In this document: positions 1 through 9,495 of the stretch, one piece after another | Layout: every line of letters starts with the position of its first letter | Position numbering within the stretch: position 1 is the stretch's first letter | Assembly (NCBI GenBank): GCA_020722985.1 | Contig: DYJU01000001.1 | Location: 4,943 to 68,942, forward strand | Origin: Candidatus Methylomirabilis sp. | GTDB taxonomy: Bacteria > Oederibacteriota > PGYV01 > DYJU01 | Reading direction: 5' to 3' | Length of the DNA: 64,000 bases | Made by a program: the position numbers and the translations under genes | Notes under the pieces: model-generated | What the model was told of the DNA's origin: nothing | What the model saw: the letters and a program-made list of their open reading frames with translations, nothing else | The model's database searches: none

Positions 1-1710
1 GGGGAAGATGCAGATGATGCTATGGGTATTTGCTGGAAAGGCAATCTTTTTGCAGGATATAGAAAACCATGTGGAGGATGTGTCGCAGGAGAATCCTGTT
101 CAAAAGGTGACAGGGATAGCGACCATGATAATAATAATACCTTTGCAATAAATTTAAAAGGAAATAAAATTTCTGATTCTGATTCTGATATTTTATATGG
201 ATGTATATCAAAGGCTTATGTATATAATAGTAGTTATTCAGGTAGAGGAGAACTCGTTATTACAAATGTTGGATCTGCATCCAATACAGCCAAAGTTGAT
301 GTTTATAAATATCGCTCTTCATCATCAGGGCTTGTAGACCCTGTGCCAGTAAGTTCTGGTTCTTTTGGAAATAATGGAAACTGGATGTTGTGGAAATCAG
401 ATTTGAGTATTGCAGGACAGAGCAGTTTAACTGTTTATAATGGTTTACCTTATGATGATCAGTTATCCCCTTTGGCAGAAGAATATTACGGTAGTTTTAT
501 AAAAATAGTTTTAAAATCAGGCGGTCCTATTCAGGCAGTGGGCGGATCCAATATTTTCGGTGCACATTACGGTCAGGCAGATTATTTAGAAGCAGCAGAT
601 ACTAAACTTGCTGTAGGAACTGAATTTTATCTGGGAAATGCAAATTATCAGGCAGCAAGAACCTGGGCACCAAACCTTGACTGGTGGACAGATAATAAAG
701 GGGGTATTTTAATAGCCCTCTGTCCTATACCAAATACAACGGTTCAAATAGTTCAGGGAAATCTTGTTGACGTAGGCGCGGCGACAGAGCATGGAACAAA
801 TGCTTATAGTGGGACAACTTCACTTATACAAACAACAGGTGCAACACCTGACCAGGCATTAAAATTTTATAGTTTAAATACTGATACCACATATAAAATA
901 ACTTCTAATAATAAAATATATCTTATGTATCAAAATTTAAAAGGCAGGGAAAAAGTCTTTTCGGGCGTTGTTGTTGATGTTGAATTTTTAAATCCTCAGG
1001 TAAATTTAAGTAAAAGTGCAAGTTCATCTCAGGTATATCAGGGAGATACAGTCACATACACAATAAAATTTACAAATAATGGCATGGGAGATGCATATGA
1101 TACGATAGTCATTGATACAATACCTGCAAATGCTACATATATAGGTGCAAGTAGAGCACCAATTGGAAGTTCCGGTAATGTTTTTACATGGGCTTTAACC
1201 TCTCCCATACTGGCAAATGGAGGACAGGATTTATTTGATTTATATTTACAGATAAATGCACCGGCGAATACATGCGTTACAAATACCACAGATGCTCATT
1301 ATACTGATTCTACAGGTAATTCAAAATTTTCAAGAATATCAAATGAATCAATAGTTTGCGTTCTTGCAACAAGCACTATTGTTCCTGACTTAAGATTGGA
1401 GATAGTTACAAATTATCCAAATCCTTTTAATAAAGGGACAGTTTTAGTTTTTAATTTATCTGTAAAGGCAGAAGTTACAATAAAAGTTTTTACTCTGGCA
1501 GGAGAGACGGTAAGAACTTTAAAACCGCTTGATGTAAAACGCAATCTTGTTAATCAGGTGGATATAAGACCTGGAGAAAATAGAGTTTACTGGGATGGTC
1601 TTAATGATTATAATGAAAAGGTAAGTTCTGGAGTTTATATTTATAAGATAGAAGCAAAAACAAAAGATGAAAATATTTTCAAATTTTCTAAACTCGCTGT
1701 AATGAGATAA
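1..1710 (+). CDS. Secreted cell-surface protein, 5' end truncated by the window start. It has DUF11/CARDB-like beta-sandwich repeats and a T9SS-type, FlgD-Ig-like C-terminal sorting domain.
   Basis: The reading frame is open from position 1 and the first ATG is at 22. A DUF11-like segment reads VTYTIKFTNNGMGDAYDTIVIDTIPANATYIG. The last ~90 aa (YPNPFNKGTVLVFNL...VYWDGLNDYNEKVSSGVYIYKIEA) match the YPNPF...WDG...SGVY pattern of Por secretion CTDs. The stop codon is TAA. Confidence 0.6.
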   Translation, partial: GEDADDAMGICWKGNLFAGYRKPCGGCVAGESCSKGDRDSDHDNNNTFAINLKGNKISDSDSDILYGCISKAYVYNSSYSGRGELVITNVGSASNTAKVDVYKYRSSSSGLVDPVPVSSGSFGNNGNWMLWKSDLSIAGQSSLTVYNGLPYDDQLSPLAEEYYGSFIKIVLKSGGPIQAVGGSNIFGAHYGQADYLEAADTKLAVGTEFYLGNANYQAARTWAPNLDWWTDNKGGILIALCPIPNTTVQIVQGNLVDVGAATEHGTNAYSGTTSLIQTTGATPDQALKFYSLNTDTTYKITSNNKIYLMYQNLKGREKVFSGVVVDVEFLNPQVNLSKSASSSQVYQGDTVTYTIKFTNNGMGDAYDTIVIDTIPANATYIGASRAPIGSSGNVFTWALTSPILANGGQDLFDLYLQINAPANTCVTNTTDAHYTDSTGNSKFSRISNESIVCVLATSTIVPDLRLEIVTNYPNPFNKGTVLVFNLSVKAEVTIKVFTLAGETVRTLKPLDVKRNLVNQVDIRPGENRVYWDGLNDYNEKVSSGVYIYKIEAKTKDENIFKFSKLAVMR

Positions 1711-1741
1711 TTCTTATCCTTTATTCTTTTCAGGGGCAATT

Positions 1742-2746
1742 ATGAATAATAAAAGATGTATTGCATTATTTTCAGGTGGGCTTGATAGTTTGCTGGCAGT
1801 TAAAATTGTAATGCAACAGAATATAGAAGTTATTCCGATATATTTTGATACTGGTTTTTTTTTAAAAACTATTATAAAAAAAGATGATAAATTTATATAT
1901 ACACCTAAAACGCCGCCAGATATTAATGTAGTTGTTGTTGATATTTCTTTGGAATTTTTTGAAATGCTTAAAAATCCAACCTTTGGATTTGGCACTAATA
2001 TGAATCCATGTATTGATTGTAAAATTTTAATGTTAAAAAAAGCTGGTGAACTTCGTTCGATATATAATGCCGGATTTGTTATAACAGGAGAAGTGTTAGG
2101 TCAAAGACCAATGACACAAAATATACAGGCGATGAAGTTAATAGAAGAAAAATCAGGAATTTCAGGATTTCTTTTAAGACCTTTAACAGCAAAAAATTTA
2201 CCTGAAACTGAACCGGAAAAATTAAAATGGGTTGATAGGGAAAAATTATTAGATTTTAAAGGTAGGGGAAGAAAACCTCAATTAGAACTGGCAAAAAAAT
2301 TTGGATTAGAAGAATATATAATTTCACCTGCCGGTGGTTGTATTTTAACTGACCCTAATTTTTCTAAAAGATTAAAGGATTTTTTAGAAAATGAAAATAA
2401 AATAACAAGAGATGATGTTTTTTTATTAAATACAGGAAGACATTTCCGTTATAATAAGAAAAAATTTATTATCGGTCGCAATAGATCTGAAAATGAAAAT
2501 CTTTTAAAATATAAAGGGATGGCGGATTTCTGTTTTTTTGATACACTTGAAATACCAGGACCTGTTTGTGTTGCAAAAGGAAAATTAAATAATGAAGAGA
2601 AAATTTTTATAGCCTCTGCGGTTGCGAGATATTCAGATGGTAAAGGATTAAATAATGTAAAAATTTTATTTTTTAACGGAGAAAAAGAAAAAGTGCTTAA
2701 TGTCCAACCTGTAGATGACAATATTTTAAAAAAATATATTATATAG
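1742..2746 (+). CDS. PP-loop (adenine-nucleotide alpha-hydrolase) superfamily ATPase, probably a divergent MnmA/TrmU-like tRNA thiolation enzyme
   Basis: The N-terminal SGGLDS PP-loop motif is present (ALFSGGLDSLLAVKIV). Downstream come NPCIDCKI, ITGEVLGQRP and SGFLLRPL blocks. They occupy the same positions as MnmA's NPDILCNKEIKF, ATGHYV and SYFL blocks, as recalled from memory. Confidence 0.4.
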   Translation: MNNKRCIALFSGGLDSLLAVKIVMQQNIEVIPIYFDTGFFLKTIIKKDDKFIYTPKTPPDINVVVVDISLEFFEMLKNPTFGFGTNMNPCIDCKILMLKKAGELRSIYNAGFVITGEVLGQRPMTQNIQAMKLIEEKSGISGFLLRPLTAKNLPETEPEKLKWVDREKLLDFKGRGRKPQLELAKKFGLEEYIISPAGGCILTDPNFSKRLKDFLENENKITRDDVFLLNTGRHFRYNKKKFIIGRNRSENENLLKYKGMADFCFFDTLEIPGPVCVAKGKLNNEEKIFIASAVARYSDGKGLNNVKILFFNGEKEKVLNVQPVDDNILKKYII

Positions 2747-2754
2747 GTATATAT

Positions 2755-3132
2755 ATGAAAATTTTGATAGATGGCTATAATCTTTTACATCAATTAAAAT
2801 TTAAAGAAAAAATTTTTTCTGATAAAAGAGAAAGGTTAATTTGTTTGCTCGAAGATTTTAAGAAAATAAACGAAGTTGATATTACAGTGATTTTTGATGG
2901 TAAAAATCAGGAGTCGCAGATAAGGGGTTTTGAAAATAAAAACGGAATAAAAATAATATATTCGGCATCAGGAGAAACAGCAGACGATGTTATAATTGAT
3001 ATTTTAAAAAAAAGAAAAGAAAAACCAGAAAATTATGCAGTGGTTACATCAGATAATAAAATAATAAATTTTGCTTATGAAAATTCAATAAGAATTATTA
3101 CAAGTGAAAGTTTTGCAGATTATTTAATTTAA
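2755..3132 (+). CDS. YacP-like NYN-domain (PIN-like) predicted RNA-binding protein or ribonuclease
   Basis: The N-terminus reads MKILIDGYNLLHQ...ITVIFDG, which is typical of YacP/Rae1 NYN proteins. Size is 125 aa. Confidence 0.55.
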   Translation: MKILIDGYNLLHQLKFKEKIFSDKRERLICLLEDFKKINEVDITVIFDGKNQESQIRGFENKNGIKIIYSASGETADDVIIDILKKRKEKPENYAVVTSDNKIINFAYENSIRIITSESFADYLI

Positions 3133-4187
3133 CTCTGTTTTAAAAAAATTGTTTGAGTGGGATAGGCAAAGATAATATTCAATTTTGAAAATTCTTCAAA
3201 TATTTTTAAATTAATTTCCTGTTGAATATCCATATATTTATTATAATCATTGCCATTTACATAATAGACAATTTCATAAATTAAAGCAGAATCACCGTAA
3301 CTTGCAAAATGTGCTCTATCAAATTTTGTATCGTTGATGGATAAAATTATATTTTTAATAATATCAGGGAGCTTTTTTAATTTTTCCAGCGGGGTGTCAT
3401 AAGTTACACCTATTTTAAATTCAACCCGCCTTAAATACATTCTTTTATAATTTTTAATACTGGAATTTGTTAAGGCAGAATTAGAAAAAATAAGTTCTTC
3501 ACCACTTAAACTTCTTATTCTCGTAGTTTTAAGACCTATGGTTTCAATTGTTCCTGAAGCATCGCCGACTATTATGAAATCGTCAACTTCAAATGGTTTA
3601 TCAAAGATAATAACAAAATATGAAAATAAATCACCAAGAATTGCTTGTGCTGCAAGGGCAACTGCAATACCGCCAATTCCAAGTCCAGCAAGGACAGTGG
3701 AAATTTTATAACCTAAATTATCTAAAATTAAAATAAACCCTAATCCCCAGATAAATACTTTAAAAATTATTAAAAATCCTTTTAGATTTTTTATTTTTGA
3801 AGTATCTTTGCTTTTATTTATTAAATAAAATTCCATAAAAAATGAAATTAAATTTACAATAAATTTTAGAATAAAAAATGTTGCAGAAATGATAAATAAA
3901 ATTTTAATATATTTGAATATTTTATCCGGCAATTCAATAAAATTAAAAGCAATGTAAAAAACACTTAAATAGAATAAGGGAATTATTGTATTATTAATTG
4001 TTGAATTTAAAAAAGTAAAGAAGTTTGAAGTTTTATCATCTAAAAATTTTTTTGAAAAATTTTTATAGATTTTTTTTAATAAAAATATACAAAACCAGCC
4101 TGTGAAAATAACCGCAAGAAAAAGAAAAAAATTATAAAATGCAGGGGTATTTTTAAAAAATATAAATAATTTATTTAATTTTTCCAT
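3129..4187 (-). CDS. Small-conductance mechanosensitive channel, MscS family
   Basis: There are N-terminal transmembrane helices and a conserved MscS beta-domain block (FEVDDFIIVGDASGTIETIGLKTTRIRSLSGEELIFSNSALTNSSIKNY). This is the only long minus-strand gene in the window. Confidence 0.8.
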   Translation of the reverse strand: MEKLNKLFIFFKNTPAFYNFFLFLAVIFTGWFCIFLLKKIYKNFSKKFLDDKTSNFFTFLNSTINNTIIPLFYLSVFYIAFNFIELPDKIFKYIKILFIISATFFILKFIVNLISFFMEFYLINKSKDTSKIKNLKGFLIIFKVFIWGLGFILILDNLGYKISTVLAGLGIGGIAVALAAQAILGDLFSYFVIIFDKPFEVDDFIIVGDASGTIETIGLKTTRIRSLSGEELIFSNSALTNSSIKNYKRMYLRRVEFKIGVTYDTPLEKLKKLPDIIKNIILSINDTKFDRAHFASYGDSALIYEIVYYVNGNDYNKYMDIQQEINLKIFEEFSKLNIIFAYPTQTIFLKQS

Positions 4188-4238
4188 AAGTTGCTCCTTG
4201 GTTATAATTTATAATTGAATATAACAGAAAATAATAAT

Positions 4239-4284
4239 TTGTAAAATATTTTTTTTCTTTTATAATTTAACTATATGGTTAAAT
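4239..4284 (+). promoter_or_regulatory. Sigma70-like promoter (TTGTAA, 16-bp spacer, TATAAT) with a 20-bp near-palindromic operator ATTTAACtATATGGTTAAAT immediately downstream
   Basis: TATAAT lies at 4261-4266 and the palindrome at 4265-4284. The same promoter-plus-operator arrangement recurs at 9427-9472 upstream of the TetR-family regulator gene. This copy points rightward toward the RND operon and sits divergently from mscS. Confidence 0.45.
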
Positions 4285-4617
4285 ACAAAATATATGAGGT
4301 GGCATATGTATAAAAAAAAGGGTAATAATTTTTATTTTTTTAATATTCTGGATAATTCCTGCATTTTTATTTTTTAATTTTAAAAAAATTTTTACAGTGA
4401 ATTTGCTATTGAATACAGGAGCATAATTGCGCCTTCCTTTGTTGAAAATAATACGACAGGCACTTCATATTTTTTAGGTAAACCGGGGATAGATATTTCA
4501 AAATGGGTAAATATATATGCCGGTCTTTCTTTTGCTTTTTTTGCTGAACATGCAAATAAACAGCATCATTTATATATCTAAAGTATATCAAATAAAAGAT
4601 TCATCACTAAAAAAATA

Positions 4618-4931
4618 GTAATGATTTAGCCACCAGGAGTAATTAAAAAGTTCGTATATTAAAAAAGACCTGGCGATGTCATTCTTAGGAAGCCGAAGTA
4701 GAAGTGAAGTGAGAAAAATAAGGGCGTATGAGGCTTAAGGAAGCAATCTGGCAGTTGAAAAACGAAAGAAGACAACACTAAAAGGCGATCGGTGATAAAA
4801 TCAAGATTGCTCTGTCAGCCTCATCAAACGGTAGAATAGAAGATAGAGGGAATCATTCGCCTGACAACGCAATGACAAATAAAAAATTTATTTATGGACC
4901 AATTTTGTTCTGCTAACGGCTAAACTATTAC
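4618..4931 (+). mobile_element. MITE-like repeat bounded by terminal inverted repeats, copy 1 (~315 bp)
   Basis: The 5' end reads GTAATGATTTAGCCACCAGGAGT and the 3' end reads AACGGCTAAACTATTAC. The conserved core is cattcttaggaagccgaag...aagcaatctggcagttgaaaaacgaaagaagacaa...gataaaatcaagattgctctgtcag...tcgcctgac...gcaatgacaaa. It contains no consistent ORF. Confidence 0.65.
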
Positions 4932-5012
4932 AAAAAATAAATTTTTGCATAGAAAAAAATTTTTATTTAATTTAAAATATTTAAAATATATTTAATTTAA
5001 CTGGAGGATAAA

Positions 5013-5906
5013 ATGAATGAAAAGATAAAAAAATTGTTAATCATTTTTATAGTAATAATTTTTATAATTATTTTTTTTCGGATAATAAGAAAAATAATTA
5101 TAACAACGGGAAAATCAAAAGAAATTTTTTTTGAAGTTGGCATTGAAAAATTAGTTTTAAAAGAAATTACAGAGATAATAAAATTTGAAGGTGTTGTAGA
5201 AGGAGATCCACAGATAAAGGTATATTCACAGGTCCCGGGAAAATTTGAAAAAAATAATGTAATAGAAGGTAATTATGTTAGGAAAGACAATATAATTTCA
5301 TATATAAATAGAGATGTTATCGGTTTTGAATATAATTTAGCTCCTGTAAAATCGCCAATAGATGGAATTGTTGTAAAACTTTATTTTTTTGATAAAGGCG
5401 ATACTGTTTTTCCTCAGATGCCAGTTGCTGAAATTGCAAAAGTTGATAATTTAAAAGTGGTTATTAATACAGGTGAAAAAGATTTAATTAAATTAAAAAA
5501 AGACCAGGCAGCAAAAATTACTTTAATTTATGATGAAAATGTTTATCTTAAAGGAAAAGTTTTTTCTGTAACGCCATTTATAAATAAAGACACCCTTTCA
5601 GGAACAGTTGTAATAAAAGCAAAAAATCCCGAACAAAAAATTAAACCAGGACAATCTGTTAAAATTGAAATTGAAACAGAAAAGAAAATTGCGTTTTTAA
5701 TTCCAGATAAAGCAATATTGACAGATGAAAATGGCACATATGTTTTTATAAATGATAATAATACTGCTAAAAAAGTTTATGTTAAAATCGGTTATATAGA
5801 AAATGATTTAACGGAGATAATAGGAGATTTAAAGGAAGGAATAGAAGTAATTACAGAAGGTAGTTTTAAACTTTATGAAAATGCAAAAATAAAAATATTA
5901 AATTAA
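5013..5906 (+). CDS. Efflux RND transporter periplasmic adaptor subunit (membrane fusion protein, HlyD/AcrA family)
   Basis: It has an N-terminal transmembrane or signal anchor and biotinyl/lipoyl-like and beta-barrel adaptor motifs (VKSPIDGIVV; KPGQSVKIEIE). It sits immediately upstream of the RND pump with a 10-bp gap. A GGAGG ribosome-binding site precedes the ATG. Confidence 0.8.
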   Translation: MNEKIKKLLIIFIVIIFIIIFFRIIRKIIITTGKSKEIFFEVGIEKLVLKEITEIIKFEGVVEGDPQIKVYSQVPGKFEKNNVIEGNYVRKDNIISYINRDVIGFEYNLAPVKSPIDGIVVKLYFFDKGDTVFPQMPVAEIAKVDNLKVVINTGEKDLIKLKKDQAAKITLIYDENVYLKGKVFSVTPFINKDTLSGTVVIKAKNPEQKIKPGQSVKIEIETEKKIAFLIPDKAILTDENGTYVFINDNNTAKKVYVKIGYIENDLTEIIGDLKEGIEVITEGSFKLYENAKIKILN

Positions 5907-5916
5907 AAGGATAAAA

Positions 5917-8900
5917 ATGAATATCGCAAAATTAGCAATTGAAAGACCCATTTTTGTAGTAATGATAATCATGTCTTTAATTACTTTAGGGGTAATTGGT
6001 TATAATAACATGGGCGTTGATTTACTTCCCGATGTTGAATATCCAACAATTACAGTGATAATAATATATGGAGGAGCATCAGCAGAAGAAATGGAAAATT
6101 TAATAACAAAACCGGTAGAAGATGCATTAGGAACGATACAGGGATTAGATTCAATTATTTCCACATCAAAAGAAAATATAGCATATATAACTGCAAAATT
6201 CGGACTTGGAACAGATATAAAATATGCAGAAATGAAAGTAAAAGAAAAAATTGACCTTGTAAAAACTAAACTGCCAGATGGCATAGAAGAGCCAAAAGTA
6301 ACCAGATTTTCTTTAACAGATATACCAGTGATTGCTTTAACTTTACAGGGTAAAAAAGATCTTGCCACCTTGTATGATATCGTTGAAGATACTTTAAAGC
6401 CGGAGTTAGAAAAAATATCAGGTGTTGGTAAGGTTGAAATCTGGGGTGGGAGGCAACGGGCAGTTATGGTTTATATTAATAAATCTTTACTTTCAGCAAG
6501 GGCAATTACTTTAAATCAAATAGTTGAGTCAATTAAAAAAGAAAATTTAAATATACCGGCTGGTTCTTTAAAAACAGACAACAAAAGTATCATTGTGAGG
6601 GTAAAGGGGCAATCTGACAGTATTGATGAAATAAAAAATATCCCTATAAAAACTTATACAGGAGAAGTTGTAAGATTGAAAGATATCGCAGATGTTAAAT
6701 TTACTTTAAAAGATGAAGAAGCAAGGGCAAGGGCAGAAGGAGAAAACGCAATAAGAATTGGTGTTTATAAACAAAGTGGAGAAAATACTGTTGCGGTTGC
6801 AAAAAGGGTTAAAATAAAGTTAAAAGATATACAAAAAGTTTTAAAAGATGAAGCAAGTATAAAGATATTCAGGGATCCTTCGGAATATATAAAAATAAGC
6901 ATAAAAGGTTTGCAGGAAGACATTTTACTTGGTGCTTTATTTGCAATGCTTATTGTGTGGTTATTTATGGGTAATTTCAGATCAACGATAATTACTGCAA
7001 TAGCATTGCCAAATTCATTGATAGGGGCTTTCTTTTTTATTTCAAATTTTGGATTTACAATTAATCTTATGGTTTTGCTTGCGCTTTCTCTCTGTATTGG
7101 ACTTTTAATTGATGATTCCATAGTTGTAAGAGAAAATATTTTTAGATATATGGAAAAAGGATTAAAACCAAAAGAAGCAGCTGAAAAAGGAACCAATGAA
7201 GTAGCTCTTGCAGTTGTTGCAACAACCATTTCAATTATGGCAGTTTTTATACCCATTTCTTTTTTACAGGGGGTAGTGGGACAATATTTCAAACAATTTG
7301 GTTTAACGGTTGCTTTTGCTTTAGTAATATCTTTAATTGATGCGTTTACTACAGCACCCATGCTATCTGCTTACTGGTGGAAAAAACATAAAAAAGGGGA
7401 AGGTGAATTTAATAAATTTTTTGATAAACTTTCTTATGAATGGAATTTATTTTATGAAAAGTTAAACAGCATTTACAGAGAAATACTTATCTGGGCGTTA
7501 GAAAAAAAGAAAAAAGTTTTATCAATTGTAATACTTTTATTTATTTTCAGTATAATATGCCTGAAATTTATTGGACTTAGTTTTTTACCTGACACGGATT
7601 ATCATAACTATGAGTTAAAATTTGAAACTTACCCGGGCGCTACACTTGATGAAACAGATAACAAAATAAAAAAAATTGAAAAGTATATTATGTCACACAA
7701 AGAAACTTTAAAATGTTTTACCGCAGTTGGGACAGATGGAGAAAATACCGGCACAATATTTGTGGAGACGGATAAGAAAAAACAAAAAAAACCAACACAG
7801 ATGATAGTAGAAGAAGTTATAAGTTATATAAAGAAAAATTATGGCAGTGATTTATTGATAAATCAGGAAGAAACAGGTGGAGCAGAAGTTATCTCGGGTG
7901 GTGGAGATAGTGCTTCTCTGGTTATAAATATAACTGGTCCAGAAATGAAAACTTTAGAAAAGTTAGCAACAGAAATAAAAAATGTAATATTAGAGACAGG
8001 GGGAGTATCTGGTGCGAATACTTCATTAAAAACAGGCAAACCAGAAATAATTATAAAGTTAGATAGAACCAAAGCATCAAGTTTTGGTATAACAAGTTAT
8101 GATATTGGTATTTTATTAAATTTTCTTATAAAAGGTGCTGAAATATCAAAATTTAAAAAGCGTGAAAAAGAATATGATATTATTTTAAGAATGAAAAAAA
8201 ACAATATCAAAACAATTGATGATTTAAAAGATATAATCATAACAACTTCTGCGGGTAAAAAAATACCATTAAACGCAATAAGCACAATGGAATATACGAC
8301 AGGTCCTGTTGAAATATTAAGAGAAAATAAAAAAAGAGTAATAAAAATTACTGGAAATTTACAGCATGGGTTTGCATTGGGCGATGTTATAAATATGATA
8401 AACGAAAATATTAAACGAAATGTTAAAATTCCAGAAGGTTATGAATATAATTTTTCAGGACAGGCAACACAGATGACAGAAACTATAACCCAGATGAGTA
8501 AGGCAATGTTTTTTGCGCTGCTTTTTATGTATATGATACTTGCATCTCTTTATAATTCTTTTATCCAGCCGCTTATTTTAATGCTTTCTGTTCCTCTTGC
8601 AATAATAGGCGCTTTTCTTACGCTTTTGCTTTTTGGAATAAAAATGGATGTTATGGCTATGATAGGAATTTTAATGGTTTTAGGTCTTGTCGCAAAAAAT
8701 GGAATACTACTTATAGATTTTACAAATCAGAAGAGAAAAGAAGGCTTATCAGCAAGAGATGCTTTGCTATATGCAGGTCCAATAAGGTTAAGGCCGATTT
8801 TGATGACTACATTTGCAATGATATTTGGAATGTTGCCGCTTGCTTTGGGTTTTGGAGAAGGACCGATGAGAACAAGAGCAATGCCTGTTGCAGTAATAGG

Positions 8901-9009
8901 CGGGTTGCTTACTTCTACTTTCCTAACTCTTGTTGTGATACCGATTGTGTATGAAATGTATGAGAATTTTAAAGAGAGGTTTAGTAAAAAAGTTAATAAA
9001 AAAAATTGA
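5917..9009 (+). CDS. RND efflux pump, inner-membrane permease of the AcrB/AcrD/AcrF family (hydrophobe/amphiphile efflux-1)
   Basis: The protein is 1030 aa with the classic AcrB N-terminus (IERPIFVVMIIMSLITLGVIGYNNMGVDLLPDVEYPTITV). It has the duplicated 12-TM architecture with two large periplasmic loops. No outer-membrane factor gene follows it. Confidence 0.9.
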   Translation: MNIAKLAIERPIFVVMIIMSLITLGVIGYNNMGVDLLPDVEYPTITVIIIYGGASAEEMENLITKPVEDALGTIQGLDSIISTSKENIAYITAKFGLGTDIKYAEMKVKEKIDLVKTKLPDGIEEPKVTRFSLTDIPVIALTLQGKKDLATLYDIVEDTLKPELEKISGVGKVEIWGGRQRAVMVYINKSLLSARAITLNQIVESIKKENLNIPAGSLKTDNKSIIVRVKGQSDSIDEIKNIPIKTYTGEVVRLKDIADVKFTLKDEEARARAEGENAIRIGVYKQSGENTVAVAKRVKIKLKDIQKVLKDEASIKIFRDPSEYIKISIKGLQEDILLGALFAMLIVWLFMGNFRSTIITAIALPNSLIGAFFFISNFGFTINLMVLLALSLCIGLLIDDSIVVRENIFRYMEKGLKPKEAAEKGTNEVALAVVATTISIMAVFIPISFLQGVVGQYFKQFGLTVAFALVISLIDAFTTAPMLSAYWWKKHKKGEGEFNKFFDKLSYEWNLFYEKLNSIYREILIWALEKKKKVLSIVILLFIFSIICLKFIGLSFLPDTDYHNYELKFETYPGATLDETDNKIKKIEKYIMSHKETLKCFTAVGTDGENTGTIFVETDKKKQKKPTQMIVEEVISYIKKNYGSDLLINQEETGGAEVISGGGDSASLVINITGPEMKTLEKLATEIKNVILETGGVSGANTSLKTGKPEIIIKLDRTKASSFGITSYDIGILLNFLIKGAEISKFKKREKEYDIILRMKKNNIKTIDDLKDIIITTSAGKKIPLNAISTMEYTTGPVEILRENKKRVIKITGNLQHGFALGDVINMINENIKRNVKIPEGYEYNFSGQATQMTETITQMSKAMFFALLFMYMILASLYNSFIQPLILMLSVPLAIIGAFLTLLLFGIKMDVMAMIGILMVLGLVAKNGILLIDFTNQKRKEGLSARDALLYAGPIRLRPILMTTFAMIFGMLPLALGFGEGPMRTRAMPVAVIGGLLTSTFLTLVVIPIVYEMYENFKERFSKKVNKKN

Positions 9010-9044
9010 AAATTCTTTTTAGTTATAGGTATTATAGATTTTTT

Positions 9045-9362
9045 GTAATAGTTTAACCATCAGAAGCAACTTATGAAAGTTCATATATTAGTAAAAGCCC
9101 CTTGAAGTTGTCATTCTCAGGAAGCCGAAAGGGGAGAATGAAAAACAAATGGCGTATGAGAATTAACAAAGCAATATAGCAGTTGAAAGCATGAAGCAAA
9201 AAAGGTGAGAAGGCAATCGGTAATAAAAGCAAGATTGCTCTGTCAGTCTCATTTAACGATGGGGTTAAAAAATAGGGGTTATAGTTCGTCTGACTTTAAA
9301 ATGGAAAGGCAAAAAAATTTATTTATGGGCGAAATTTATTCAACCAGTAACTAAATTATTAT
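9045..9362 (+). mobile_element. MITE-like TIR-bounded repeat, copy 2
   Basis: It starts GTAATAGTTTAACCATCAGAAG, shares the family core, and ends CAACCAGTAACTAAATTATTAT. It lies between the RND pump stop and the tetR promoter. Confidence 0.65.
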
Positions 9363-9426
9363 AATTTTTAATTTATTTAACTGTCCGCCATGTCTTTCAT
9401 TATTCCCATTAACAATAAAATTTTAC

Positions 9427-9472
9427 TTGATTTAATATTTTTTTATTTTATAATTTAACCATATGGTTAAAT
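9427..9472 (+). promoter_or_regulatory. Promoter (TTGATT, 16-bp spacer, TATAAT) overlapping a perfect 20-bp palindrome ATTTAACCATATGGTTAAAT. This is the likely autoregulatory operator of the TetR-family repressor.
   Basis: The palindrome at 9453-9472 is perfect. It lies 24 bp upstream of the tetR start at 9496 and overlaps the -10 element. Confidence 0.55.
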
Positions 9473-9495
9473 TCAATGGTCAAAAGGATGAATAA

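Noticed and set aside
4396-4590. Possible remnant of an outer-membrane protein C-terminus (…GLSFAFFAEHANKQHHLYI) between mscS and repeat copy 1
   Set aside because: It has no start codon and no upstream continuation, and the only support is weak beta-strand-like composition. It could be a remnant of the missing outer-membrane factor, but the evidence is insufficient.
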